Below are positions 8,575 through 20,100 of a DNA stretch of 64,000 nucleotides, piece after piece; position 1 is the first letter of the stretch; every line of letters begins with the position of its first letter. Below the pieces are notes generated by a model. It was not told the DNA's origin, did no database searches, and was given only the letters and a program-made list of their open reading frames with translations. Source of the DNA: an uncultured virus (IMG/VR IMGVR_UViG_3300015608_000414) (taxonomy: Duplodnaviria; Heunggongvirae; Uroviricota; Caudoviricetes); IMG/VR virus record IMGVR_UViG_3300015608_000414, positions 1 through 64,000 of that record. The stretch is one strand, 5' to 3'. Position numbers and translations under genes: made by a program.

Positions 8575-10395
8575 ATGGAAGAGAAAAAATCTTTTTTAAG
8601 TAGAATTGCTATAACAAGTGAACAGATTTTTGATGAAACAAAAGTCTACTTACAAAGGGTGTATAATAAAACTGCATCTCAGTTTTCTAGTGGTTCTCCT
8701 TATGGACAAATTTTAAAAGTTCTAAGTAATTACTATGAACATTTATTCTTTTATTTAGAAGATGCACAAGTAGAAAATCACCCATATACTGCTAATACAA
8801 TAGAAGCTATTTACGGTAATGCACAAGCTGCAGGTCATAATCCGACAAGAACTATGGCTGCGATTGGTGAAGTTAAATTCAAATTTAAACCCGGAAAAGA
8901 GAGTTCATTTAATGGACCTTATATTATTTTAAATGATGGTATACAATTAAAATGTAATACTAATAAATTAAAATATACAATGAAGTTCAATTCTGATAGA
9001 GTTATTATTAATAAAAATAGTAACGAGTATACTTATGCTACAATCTATCAAGGTGTATTCGAAACACAAAAAGTATTAGGTACAGGCAGGGCAATGCAAA
9101 CATTTAATATTAATGTTAATGGATTAGCCGACCATGTTAATGTTAAAGTATTTGTAAACGGTAGACTATGGAAACAAGTTGAATCAATATATGATATGGC
9201 TGGAAATGAAGCTGAAGCTGTAATAGTAAGAACAGGTTTATCAGGAGGTATTGATTTAATATTTGGTAATGGATATTTTGGTAAAGTACCACCATCAGGT
9301 TCTATAATTGAAGTCCAATATTTAGTTAATGCTGGTAGTTTAGGTACTATTACTAATGATTCAGGTGATATCAGTTTTGAATTTATGGATGAAGGCATAA
9401 CAGCATCAGGTGAAGAAGTTGATTTAAACGAATTTCTTTTAATGGACACTGTAACGCCGCCTAGATTAGGAGCAGATGCTGAAGACCATAATTTTACTAG
9501 ATATATTGCACCTCTTGCGAGTAAGAGTTTCGTATTAGCAGGTCCAACAAACTATGAACATTTCTTAGCAAGATATAATGCATTCTCTTATATAGATGCT
9601 TATAATACAGTAGATGATGATTATCTTGATGATGATAATGTCACATATTTATTTATATTACCTGATGTAGCAAAGAAGCTTACGTCAGACGTAGACTATT
9701 TTAATTTACCAACTAAAGAGTTTGTATTAGATGAATACGAAAAGAAAGGTATTAAAAGAGCAATTAGAGAAAGTGGTAATCAAGCTACATCTAGTGAAAT
9801 ACAATTCGTAGAACCTGAAATAAAGAGATATGCTATTAATATAGTATTAAGATATTTTAATGGTTATGATAAAGATTTAATACATAATGAAATAAGAACT
9901 AAATTAAATGATTATTTCTTAACTGTTAATAGAAGAGATAGAATTCCAAAGAGTGATATAATTGCTGTGATTGAAGGTATTGAAGGTATTGATTCAGTTA
10001 ATGTATTTTTCGTATCTGAAGAAAACGAGACTGCAATCAAAAATGGTTATTATATTAAAAAATCTTATAAAGTTACACCGACTACACCATTCTTACAAGA
10101 AGGTGAAGGTACTAAAAAGAGATTTATATTCTTTAATAAAGAATTGATTGAAACTAAAATTACACTTGCAGAAAACGAAGACCCAATGTTAGGATTAGAT
10201 GAATTTGGTGATATTGTAATTAAACATGACCAGTTGCCAGTTATTAGAGGCGGATGGTCTGATAGATATAATACATATTATCAAGAATATCCAACTAAAG
10301 GTCAGCCTTCTTCTCTTTCTATATACTTCAAAGAGAAAATTGATAGAACATTAAATACTAATGTTCAAACGGCTAATAGAAAAAAATTAACCTAA
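8575..10395 (+). CDS. Baseplate wedge subunit (gp6/baseplate J-like)
   Basis: Follows gp25; A..GHNP.R, LIFGNGYFGKVPP.G..I.V.YL..G..G, GADAE motifs. Confidence 0.85.
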   Translation: MEEKKSFLSRIAITSEQIFDETKVYLQRVYNKTASQFSSGSPYGQILKVLSNYYEHLFFYLEDAQVENHPYTANTIEAIYGNAQAAGHNPTRTMAAIGEVKFKFKPGKESSFNGPYIILNDGIQLKCNTNKLKYTMKFNSDRVIINKNSNEYTYATIYQGVFETQKVLGTGRAMQTFNINVNGLADHVNVKVFVNGRLWKQVESIYDMAGNEAEAVIVRTGLSGGIDLIFGNGYFGKVPPSGSIIEVQYLVNAGSLGTITNDSGDISFEFMDEGITASGEEVDLNEFLLMDTVTPPRLGADAEDHNFTRYIAPLASKSFVLAGPTNYEHFLARYNAFSYIDAYNTVDDDYLDDDNVTYLFILPDVAKKLTSDVDYFNLPTKEFVLDEYEKKGIKRAIRESGNQATSSEIQFVEPEIKRYAINIVLRYFNGYDKDLIHNEIRTKLNDYFLTVNRRDRIPKSDIIAVIEGIEGIDSVNVFFVSEENETAIKNGYYIKKSYKVTPTTPFLQEGEGTKKRFIFFNKELIETKITLAENEDPMLGLDEFGDIVIKHDQLPVIRGGWSDRYNTYYQEYPTKGQPSSLSIYFKEKIDRTLNTNVQTANRKKLT

Positions 10396-10398
10396 CAG

Positions 10399-10683
10399 AT
10401 GGACGTAGAAGAAATAACAAGTGATTTATTTAAGTATAAAAGACCTAGCTTATATAAAATAGCAAGAACGGCAGGTGAGGAACGTTTAAATACACCATTT
10501 AATTATTCTGATAATAATGAAGTTATAAAAAGAACTATATCACCTCATATTACTAGAAATCCGGTAGTTGAAAAATTCCTTCAATTTATAAATGACCATA
10601 CTGTACTTATGTATAAAGCTACTACTTGGTTTAAGCTTAAGAGAGTTTATACAGTAGATAAAGACTATGAATATATAAAGTAA
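10399..10683 (+). CDS. Hypothetical baseplate-region protein
   Basis: 94-aa ORF tightly coupled between wedge genes. Confidence 0.5.
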   Translation: MDVEEITSDLFKYKRPSLYKIARTAGEERLNTPFNYSDNNEVIKRTISPHITRNPVVEKFLQFINDHTVLMYKATTWFKLKRVYTVDKDYEYIK

Positions 10684-10684
10684 G

Positions 10685-13600
10685 ATGGCACAAAACTATA
10701 AATTTCTTAGCTTTCACGATAAGACAGGTACAGACCTTAACTTCTTCTATGATTCAAACGTAGGAGCTTGGATTGGTGATATTTATATACCTGAAGTATC
10801 TGTGGGGTTATATGAGACTATAAATATTTTTATTGTAGAGGAATTTATAACATCAGGTAATATTAAGAAATTCGGTACACCTCATATAAGTGACCCTAAC
10901 GCTTCTACAACTGATGGTCATAAATGGTTAGCAAAATGGGTTGATAATAAAGATGAAGATATTTTTCTTTATCAATTTAAAGCTAATTCTAGCAAACCTA
11001 TAATTCAAACAGTTAATGAACTTGAAATATTAATTGATTATGATTCAAATCAAACAAATGATATTAATACAAATCAAGTTATAAGTAATGTTGTAACTTC
11101 TGCAGCTATACAATTAAATATAGCTCTTAATTCTGAGATTGAAGATATACATGAAAGAACATTATTAATACAAGAAAAAGCAACAGGCGCATTAGTAGCT
11201 AAGATTAGATTTTATGGAGAAACAATTGCAGAAGATGAGCGTTTCACTACAGAATTAATTAGATTAGGTATGAATATTGAAACAGATGAGTTTCCAATAT
11301 TTAGAGATAGTGATATTAATGAATCTAGACCTGACTTTGAAATAGTTAATAACAAGAGAAAAGAAATGTTAATAGAAGGAAGGAATATCCATCCTTTTAT
11401 TGGTTCATATAAGGGTTTAATAAATGCTATTAAATTCTACGGTTATGATAATATTAAAATAAGAGAACATTGGTTAAATATAGATAAAGAATCTATCAAT
11501 TATGGTAAATTCAGAATGACTGATGTATTAGATATATTCGATAATGAAGTCGATTTAAATGATAATACTTTCCAGTTACCTAATAAGATTTATAAGAAAA
11601 CTAATTTATTTTCATTAGTATACCGTTTAAACGAAATGACTGATGAAGAAAATGAAGATGATTTACCAGTAGTAAAAGAATCATTTGATTTTACAAGTGA
11701 AGAAATATTAATTAAATTATTTGGTTTAAAAAATATTATCAGAAAGAAATATTTAAACGGGACATCTAAAATTGTTGATATTGTAGGTGAAGCTGATTAC
11801 TTTACTAAAACAACAACTTCTATATGGTCTGATAACCAAAATATATTTAAAATTAAAGTAGGTAAAACTCCTAAGTTTTCAATATCGCCAAGTGATGAGG
11901 GTTATATACAAGACTTAAGAACTATTGAAGATATATTATTTCCATCAGCTACTCCATTTTTATTAGACCCTAATTTAACAGCAGGTTCTAGTATAAGAGC
12001 TTTTGAAATTGCTGATGTATTATTAGCTTATTTTAAAGATTATAGTCCTAATTTAGATACTGTTGCTGAATTGCCAGATAAGCCTGGAATAGCAGCAGGA
12101 TATCCAGTTGTGTTAGAAAATACAACATTTGATACTTCATGGAATGATGCTCAAATGAATTGGGATGAATTAAATGCTACAGGTAATTTAATTATTGATT
12201 TTGAACCTACAGTATTTGCTTCAGGTGATACTTTAATAATTAAGGATAGAAAATCAGGAGAACAAGTTTCACATACAGTTACATTCAGTGATACTAAAGA
12301 AACTATTATAAATGATTTATATAATCAAATACAAGTATTAGCAAATACTGACGATGGTAGACCATGGTCATATTATGTTATTACTAAAGAAGATACTGAT
12401 AATGATTTATCTAATGAAACTATTAGATTTAGACAAGTATTTACAGGTAATATCGGTGTTGATTTTGTAGGTGAATCTATTGATGGTGGTATACCTGGTA
12501 ATAAACCTACAATTGAAAAGAAATTCAGAACAGGTAATACAGTTAATACATGGAATACTTATGGAATCGGTGACTTCTATGAATTAGAATGGTTAGTAAC
12601 TAAAGATGCTACTGATACTCAACCTGCTTATGAATTTACATCTAGAGGTGATATTGGAGATTTTAATAAAATTGCGTTAGCTTTACCTTATACTGGTACT
12701 TACAATGTTGAATTAAGATTATATGATACATTCAATCAGTTATCTTCTAAGATGATAAAAGATAGTATAACAGTTCTTTCAAAGAATGTTGAATTTGCAG
12801 GATTTTATAAATTCAGAGAAGAGAAATATGAATGGGAAAGTGCAAGTACTAAAGGTGCAACATGGGATGATTATTCATCTGATTGGGATTTACCTATAGT
12901 TCCACAGTCTGATACAATAGAAGGTAATGCAAGTATATATGAAGCTTTGGATAGGTCTAATTATATTTTAAATAATTCTAATCCTGACCAACAATTATCA
13001 TATCATTATGAAAATCCTGAAGCTCCTATATTAAATTATTTATATACGCCAGGTGCATATCACTGGGATAATCTAGGCGGTGCTACATGGAATGAAGCTT
13101 ATCATTTATGGTGGAATTCTACTAAGATAAGCGGTGATACTCCTGCTAATTTTAGAATTTATGAAGTTGCTGTAGGTGAACAATTAATAATTGAACAAAA
13201 TTTACCATTTGTTAATATTGGTATACATATATTCCAGTCAAATGATTTACAATCAGCGGCTAATGAATTGAATAATAGTACAGACCCTGTAATATCTAAA
13301 TACATATACAATCCAGTATACGATATGCTTACTGATGGTGAAGTAGTAACATTTATACAAGCCGTTGCTAAGAAGTTTGGTAGAAATGGAGATTGGACTA
13401 ATTTAACATGGTCTGATGGTGTAGATATTAGATATCAGCAATTACATGAAACTAATAATCCTACTTATAATGATGTAAGATTCTTAAATGATGGTAAAGT
13501 ATTACCAAGATTGACATATTTAACATTCACATATGATATGTGTAAAATGCCTGGTAAAGATAAACCTATCTGGGAATTAAGTAATCTGGATTCACCAGAT

Positions 13601-13738
13601 ACTGATAATATTATATTTTCAGGTAGATGGTTTACATATTTATTTAAGAGAAGAGGTAGATATAATTTAAAATTAACTTTAGAAGACAGTAACGGTAACG
13701 TAAACACTGTATCTAAAAATATTTTAATAATTAGATAA
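10685..13738 (+). CDS. Large baseplate wedge protein (gp7-like) with PKD/Ig-like domains
   Basis: IGSYKGLINAIKFYGY (gpI/gp7-like motif); YTGTYNVELRLYD and GRYNLKLTLED PKD-like strands; W-rich repeats. Confidence 0.55.
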   Translation: MAQNYKFLSFHDKTGTDLNFFYDSNVGAWIGDIYIPEVSVGLYETINIFIVEEFITSGNIKKFGTPHISDPNASTTDGHKWLAKWVDNKDEDIFLYQFKANSSKPIIQTVNELEILIDYDSNQTNDINTNQVISNVVTSAAIQLNIALNSEIEDIHERTLLIQEKATGALVAKIRFYGETIAEDERFTTELIRLGMNIETDEFPIFRDSDINESRPDFEIVNNKRKEMLIEGRNIHPFIGSYKGLINAIKFYGYDNIKIREHWLNIDKESINYGKFRMTDVLDIFDNEVDLNDNTFQLPNKIYKKTNLFSLVYRLNEMTDEENEDDLPVVKESFDFTSEEILIKLFGLKNIIRKKYLNGTSKIVDIVGEADYFTKTTTSIWSDNQNIFKIKVGKTPKFSISPSDEGYIQDLRTIEDILFPSATPFLLDPNLTAGSSIRAFEIADVLLAYFKDYSPNLDTVAELPDKPGIAAGYPVVLENTTFDTSWNDAQMNWDELNATGNLIIDFEPTVFASGDTLIIKDRKSGEQVSHTVTFSDTKETIINDLYNQIQVLANTDDGRPWSYYVITKEDTDNDLSNETIRFRQVFTGNIGVDFVGESIDGGIPGNKPTIEKKFRTGNTVNTWNTYGIGDFYELEWLVTKDATDTQPAYEFTSRGDIGDFNKIALALPYTGTYNVELRLYDTFNQLSSKMIKDSITVLSKNVEFAGFYKFREEKYEWESASTKGATWDDYSSDWDLPIVPQSDTIEGNASIYEALDRSNYILNNSNPDQQLSYHYENPEAPILNYLYTPGAYHWDNLGGATWNEAYHLWWNSTKISGDTPANFRIYEVAVGEQLIIEQNLPFVNIGIHIFQSNDLQSAANELNNSTDPVISKYIYNPVYDMLTDGEVVTFIQAVAKKFGRNGDWTNLTWSDGVDIRYQQLHETNNPTYNDVRFLNDGKVLPRLTYLTFTYDMCKMPGKDKPIWELSNLDSPDTDNIIFSGRWFTYLFKRRGRYNLKLTLEDSNGNVNTVSKNILIIR

Positions 13739-13823
13739 CGTAAAACAAAATGATATATACATTACTAGAGTACTGTGCCAACAGTCTCTATAATAAATTT
13801 AATGATAAAATAAATCAAAAAAG

Positions 13824-14462
13824 ATGGCAGTAACGCTTACAGAGATATTAGGTACAGACTCAATTTCAGGGTCACGTATTGTTATTAATGACAACTTTTC
13901 AATTCTTCGTGATGAAATTAACGCAATTGAAGTTTATTTAGACCCTGATGCTGGTACATTAGATGGATTAAATTCTATTCAAGCTCTTGAATTAAAAGTA
14001 GGTCCAGTCGGTACATATTTACTAGATATTACTAGTACAGCATTTAATGTTAATACTAGTGTTAACTTTACACAAGCATCATCATTAATTAATATTAATG
14101 GTTTAATTGCTCAAAATAGTTTTGCATTATTAGATGAAGCTGCGTTCTCCGGTTCAACTACAGTTGACCCATTAGTTGGATATGGTACTTATAGTATTAA
14201 ACATGCTTCAACATCAGATTTTACAATTGAAGTTAAGGAAGCTAATCCAGGTCAAGAAATTACATTCTCTGCAGAACAAAAAGGCGGCGGTAATGTAATT
14301 ATCAAAGCTGCAGTAGATGCTTTATTTGTAATCGACTCTACTAATAATAAAATTAGTTTAAATGATGTTGGTTCAACAGTTACATTGAGATTTATAATTG
14401 ACTCAAGTAATAATGGTGCATTCTATGTTGTAGGCGGTCATAACTATACTGCTACTGTATAA
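13824..14462 (+). CDS. Baseplate/fibre-attachment structural protein
   Basis: N-terminal DSIS.SR..INDNF motif like T4 gp9/gp10 and the fibre at 26506; late promoter at 13752. Confidence 0.5.
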   Translation: MAVTLTEILGTDSISGSRIVINDNFSILRDEINAIEVYLDPDAGTLDGLNSIQALELKVGPVGTYLLDITSTAFNVNTSVNFTQASSLININGLIAQNSFALLDEAAFSGSTTVDPLVGYGTYSIKHASTSDFTIEVKEANPGQEITFSAEQKGGGNVIIKAAVDALFVIDSTNNKISLNDVGSTVTLRFIIDSSNNGAFYVVGGHNYTATV

Positions 14463-14480
14463 AATAATTAAACTGAGTTA

Positions 14481-15086
14481 ATGGCTACAAAATTATTAGA
14501 TCGTATCATATATAAGACTACTAATTTAGTCAATGGTTTAATATATGTAGGACAAGATAGTTATAATAATCCTAAATATTTAGGTTCAGGTGTATTTTTA
14601 AAAAGAGATATTATTAAATATGGTAAATCTAATTTCAAAAAAGAAATTTTATGTAAATGTAAAACTTCAGATGAATTAGATAAAATGGAAATTTATTGGA
14701 TTGATAAACTTAATACAATAAATAAAGGATATAATTTACTCAAAGGTGGAAAAGGAAATTCTTCAAATGAATATATTGATAAAATGTCAATTTCATTAAG
14801 AGGATTTAAAAATCCAATGTATAAAAGTAGCGTAAAAGAAAAATGGATTAAAAAATATGGATTAGATAAAGCTACTAAAATGTGGAATGAATCTAATAAA
14901 AAAAGATCTATCAATGCTACTAAAAATACTAATAAAAAAGTTAAAGTTTTTAATATAGATAATATTTTAGTTAATGAATTTAATTCTTTAAAGGAAGCTT
15001 CATTATATACAGAAGTTGGTTATAAATATATTAAAAATTCAAATAAAAATAATAAATCTTCTAAAGGTTTTTATTTTAAATATTAA
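14481..15086 (+). CDS. GIY-YIG homing endonuclease (Seg-like)
   Basis: IIYKTTNLVNGLIYVGQ..YLGSG..KYGKSNFKKEIL..EIYWI..GYNL..GG. Confidence 0.9.
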   Translation: MATKLLDRIIYKTTNLVNGLIYVGQDSYNNPKYLGSGVFLKRDIIKYGKSNFKKEILCKCKTSDELDKMEIYWIDKLNTINKGYNLLKGGKGNSSNEYIDKMSISLRGFKNPMYKSSVKEKWIKKYGLDKATKMWNESNKKRSINATKNTNKKVKVFNIDNILVNEFNSLKEASLYTEVGYKYIKNSNKNNKSSKGFYFKY

Positions 15087-15091
15087 GTATC

Positions 15092-17170
15092 ATGGCAACA
15101 CCATTAATTAGGACAATACAAGCAAGCGGTGGAAGTTTTTATGCTTTCGCTTCAGGTGCTAGGGATTTAACTAGAACTAATAATAATCCTCAATTAAAAT
15201 TTGAGTTCTCTAAATTTGCATTATTGAACTTACCGGATATTCAAACGCCAGTACAGTCTCAAAATTACTTGCAATTTAGAACAGTTGATGGGGCTATATT
15301 TAAAGGTGTTGATGCTGATGATAATATTAACTTAGCAGAATCGTTCCAGAATTATGCCCTTAATTTAGAGTCATTACTATTAGCAGATGATGATTATACA
15401 TCATCATTAAAACAAACTGTATCAGAAAGAGTTTTCTTTAAATGGCTTAAAGAATTAGGCGCATTAAGATTTAGAGAAAGTAATCAATCTGAAAAGAATC
15501 CAGCAATTACAGATAAGAGATTTGTTGAAGAAGATACTCAAACATCAGGTACTAGAAGATACCAAAGAGTAGTAGAATATGTTGGTAATATTGATGCAAT
15601 TAACCACGTTGATAAAGGAGGTGAGGCATATCAAGAAATTTATATAAATGTACCGACAAGAGTTGGTAATACACCTACTGTTTTATTTAAGGCATTAAGT
15701 GACCAGAATTATCAACCAAGTATGGTTATATCCCCTGGTAATAGTGAATTTATTTTAGGAAGAAGTGCATCAAGTATACATCCTGCTGGATTATCTATGT
15801 TAGCATTCTATGATTATGATTCACCTGTAATTTATAGTGATACTGATGCTAATTGGCATGGAAGTATTAAGGCTGATTCATATTTTACTGAACCTACAAC
15901 ATTCGAAGACCCATCTAATTTATTGATAACTAAATATCAAAGTGATTATGGTGGAGGTGTAGACCCATTTACAGATGTTACTTATTTAAGAAGTAAATTA
16001 GATGGTATCTCAATTGATTTTGAAGGTGACTCATATACTGATATTGTAGTGGACCCAAATATTGCGGTTTTACAAGAATATAACTCTGTTACTAAATCTA
16101 AGAATTTCCAATTTAATGTAATATTAGTTTATTACGATATTTACGAAACTTCTAATCCAGATAATAGAGCAACAAACCTTTATGGTGTATTATTTTTAAA
16201 TAACATTACACCTACAACGCAAGGTGGATTTATTGAAAGATATAAGAAAATTAAACCTAATGATATTACAGGTTTAAATGGTAATTCATATGGTTTTAAA
16301 ATTAATTTAAAGCAAGATACAAGTATTGATAATGCAGCTATTGTAACAGTTATTAATGACTATAATACATTCTCTATGGATTTATTCCTAGATGTATCTG
16401 CACAAATGCAAGAGGCTGTTAAGGTATTATACCAAACACAAGCTAATTTTTATGATGTTATTAATAGAGTTAATGGATTAGAAAATTCTATTTATACTAG
16501 TGAGAATGTTACAGAATTAAAAGCAAGAGTTGATGATTTAGAAGCATCTCTTCAAAATGCTAATTTAGCATTTGCAAATTCAACTGCAATAATTGATTTA
16601 ATTGGAAAGAACAGTGATGATATTCAATCAATTGTTAGTGGTAATATTCCAGTTAATTTACAATATAATACTGATGTTTTAAGAAGTGGTGATGGTATAT
16701 TAATTGATAAATCAGTACCAAATAAAATTAAAATAACAAATCAAAATCAGAAATATATAATTAACCAATTGTATGAAGAAAGTACATTTGAAAATGTTAT
16801 TAATTCTGATAATTTATTAGATTTAAATCAAACTAATATTAGCTCTTACATGAAGTTAAAGTTATTTACTAACATGGTAAGAATAAATGTTGAGAATAGT
16901 GCACTTGGTAATTTAAAGATTTTTATAGATGACCAAGGTATTAGATTTAAAGAAGGCCAAGTAGTTAGATTTGTGTTTGATACACCACTAGCTATAAATG
17001 GTAAGAATATAGTTTTTTATACAGATAAACTAAATAAATTTGGTCAAGGTGCTTTAAATAAAGTTATAGGTACCGTAGCTGCAATAGATTTAAGTGGTCA
17101 AAAACCTATTATAGAATTAACTTGTTTAGATGAAGTTAATTATACATTTGCAGTAGACGTTTTAAGATAA
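15092..17170 (+). CDS. Virion structural protein (unknown)
   Basis: 692 aa in the tail module; central coiled coil. Confidence 0.5.
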   Translation: MATPLIRTIQASGGSFYAFASGARDLTRTNNNPQLKFEFSKFALLNLPDIQTPVQSQNYLQFRTVDGAIFKGVDADDNINLAESFQNYALNLESLLLADDDYTSSLKQTVSERVFFKWLKELGALRFRESNQSEKNPAITDKRFVEEDTQTSGTRRYQRVVEYVGNIDAINHVDKGGEAYQEIYINVPTRVGNTPTVLFKALSDQNYQPSMVISPGNSEFILGRSASSIHPAGLSMLAFYDYDSPVIYSDTDANWHGSIKADSYFTEPTTFEDPSNLLITKYQSDYGGGVDPFTDVTYLRSKLDGISIDFEGDSYTDIVVDPNIAVLQEYNSVTKSKNFQFNVILVYYDIYETSNPDNRATNLYGVLFLNNITPTTQGGFIERYKKIKPNDITGLNGNSYGFKINLKQDTSIDNAAIVTVINDYNTFSMDLFLDVSAQMQEAVKVLYQTQANFYDVINRVNGLENSIYTSENVTELKARVDDLEASLQNANLAFANSTAIIDLIGKNSDDIQSIVSGNIPVNLQYNTDVLRSGDGILIDKSVPNKIKITNQNQKYIINQLYEESTFENVINSDNLLDLNQTNISSYMKLKLFTNMVRINVENSALGNLKIFIDDQGIRFKEGQVVRFVFDTPLAINGKNIVFYTDKLNKFGQGALNKVIGTVAAIDLSGQKPIIELTCLDEVNYTFAVDVLR

Positions 17171-17184
17171 AGTAATAATTAGAA

Positions 17185-20100
17185 ATGCCAGACAATACTA
17201 AAAACTCATTAACAACAGCGTTAAGTCAATTTATTAGACTTGAAAAAAATGCTATTGATATTTTCAATCGTATTAACGAAGCAGTTACGTCTGATAAAGA
17301 AAATGTTACAATTGATTTCTTCGATGATACTGACCAGTTAAAAAGAATACAAGTACCATCATTTGGTTATTTAAAAAATTATTTAACTAAAATTGAAAAT
17401 GATGTTAAAAACTTAGCAGGTCTAGGTGATTCAGATACTATTATAAAGTTATCTGATGGTACTCATAGAAGAGTAATTACTTCTAGATTAAAATCACCTG
17501 CAGATGATATTACATCATTAGATGTACCTACTACATTTGAATATAAGAATAATTGGTTCTTTGAAGATTTCATGAACCCATTATTATATATTACTTTAGA
17601 TGTAACTAATCAAATTCCTAGTGATACAGAAAAAGTAATTATAAAGAAATACTTACTTGAAATTGATACTGAAAGTAAGAGACAATATTTCAATGAGAAT
17701 TTTAAGGGTAAATCAGATATTGATTATATCCAATTTAATACTGCTTTAATTAAAGAGAGTATTCAATTTGTGCCTGATGATGATTTCAGAGACATTCCAC
17801 CTAGAGAAGTAAGATATACTGGTAACTTTGATATTATTAAAATATCAGATGTATCTAATACTAATTTAGTCGATGGTAGTCAAATTAAATCAAGAAGAAA
17901 AATATTCAAGCTTAATAAATTAACATATACTGATTTACAAGCTGGATTCCCTGATACATTAAGTCTTAAGATTGGAGATAACGTTGTAGTTAATTCAAAT
18001 CCTAAAGATACAAGATATGTAGTTAAACAAGTTGACACTACTACTAATACAGTTGAATTAGAATTAGTAGAAGGTTATAGAGGTTTATCTATAGGAGCTG
18101 ATGTTCTTTCAATTTATAAAGACGTAGAAAATAGTATTGAAATTCAAATACCTATTAACTTTGACAAATATGTTGTATGTTTTGTTAAAGCAGTAGACCC
18201 TGTTTCTAAAATACCAGCTCAGAACTGGTCACCAGGTGTAGGATTCTATACAAATAGTTTAACATTAAATGCTAATGGTAGCGAACCTGTTTCATTAGAT
18301 ACTTATTATAGAAATGAAGTAACTGATTTTGGTTTATTCATTTTATCGATGGCTAAAGATAAGATTGCACCTTCAGCATTAGCTATAGAACCTAATACTC
18401 CTGAATTAGATGCAAGTACATTTAAAGTAGTACAAGTTAATAATCATATTACTGATAATCCAGCATTTAAAGAGCTTAAACAATTATCAGACGATAGAAC
18501 TAGACTTTCTGCACAAGTAAAAGAATTAGATGGCGCTATTACTAATAAACAAGCAGCTATTTCAACTAAGCAATATAGTTCTACAATTGAAAAAGATAAA
18601 GACTCTAGTGAATTAAATTCATTAATAGAGCAAAGGTCATCTGCAGCTAAATTATTAGCTTCAATCGTTGCTGATATTAATGCTAAATCTAAATCTGAAA
18701 GTATTACTGATGCTAAACCTAAGTATAGAGTAAGAGGTTTCTTCCCTATGCCAGTACCACAAAAATCTAAATATACTGGAGACCAAGAAATAATTGGATT
18801 TGAAAAAGAATATAGATACATTGGTACAAACGGTGGCGCTAATAAAGTAGACCAATTCAAATACATGGATAATGGTGTTGAAAGAATTGGTGCACAGAGT
18901 AATTGGATTCAAGATATATTTGTTGCAAGACAAAGAATTTTTGATGAAACAACTGGTACATATGTATGGGAAAATCAAAATGTTGAAGACCCAGAAAAGA
19001 ATAATATTAATCAATTAGATATTCCTATCACACAAGGTGAAGGTGTTGAAATTAGAATTAGAAGTGTATCTGAAGCGGGATATCCAGCTAATCCAGCTAA
19101 ATCTGAATGGTCTGATATTATTAGAATTGATTTCCCAGATGATTTAGTACAAGCTGACCAGATATCTACAATTTTAGAAGAGAATGCTAAAGAACAACAA
19201 AGAATTAAATTAGAAGAAGACTTAGCATCTAAAGGTGTTATATCTCACGTTGATGACCAATTCTCTGCTAATGAAAAAGTATTTAAGCATCACGCTATTA
19301 ATATATTCTCAGGTTTCTTATCACCTGAACAAACTCCTATTGCCTTATTTGACAAGCTTACAGCTATGGAAAATAAGATTAATGAGTTAGAAGCTATTGT
19401 TAAGAAAGTTAAAGGTACTCTTAGTGTTAAGATACTTGATGATGCTGGTAACGAATACGTTGTACAGAGAAATAATTTAGTTAAATTATTCGCTGGTTAC
19501 TATGCTGACGTTGTTAAAAACTTAGATATTAAGAAAGGTGCAATTGTCGCTAAAACATATTTTATTATATTAGAAAATATTGCAGCAACTCCTTTAGAAT
19601 TATATTCTAGGATTTCTGGTAATAGAACTTTACGTGCACATGAATCAGGTTATAAATTTGCTACACCTGGTACTCCAGCTCCAGCAATTGCTAGTGATTC
19701 ATATTACTTAAATAGAGGTAAGTATGATTATGTTCCATTAATTTATACTAATCCTTTAAATGGAGGACCTAGTGGACCTGACTATATTAATAATTCACCA
19801 TATCAGAGTTCACAATTATTAGGTCAATTCTTATATGGTAGATATACAGATGTTGCAGGTACAGAAAGTTATTATGTAGATTATGATGTTGATACACCTT
19901 CTAACATAATTGATTTAGCTGCAACTCCAATTGATGACGCAGAATATAGTATTAATGGTACGCCTTATACTAACATCGGTAGCCCAGTTACAGATTTTAT
20001 CTGGAGTGGTTCAGGTGTAGGTAATACTACTAACTTTACAGACGGTACTGTAGTTGCAGATTATGATAACGGTGTTAAGATATTATTACATGAGCAACAT

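Noticed and set aside
14481..15110. Endonuclease start MATKLL resembling the downstream MATPLI (start capture)
   Set aside because: MAT/MST starts are common in this window and nucleotide identity is too short to support it
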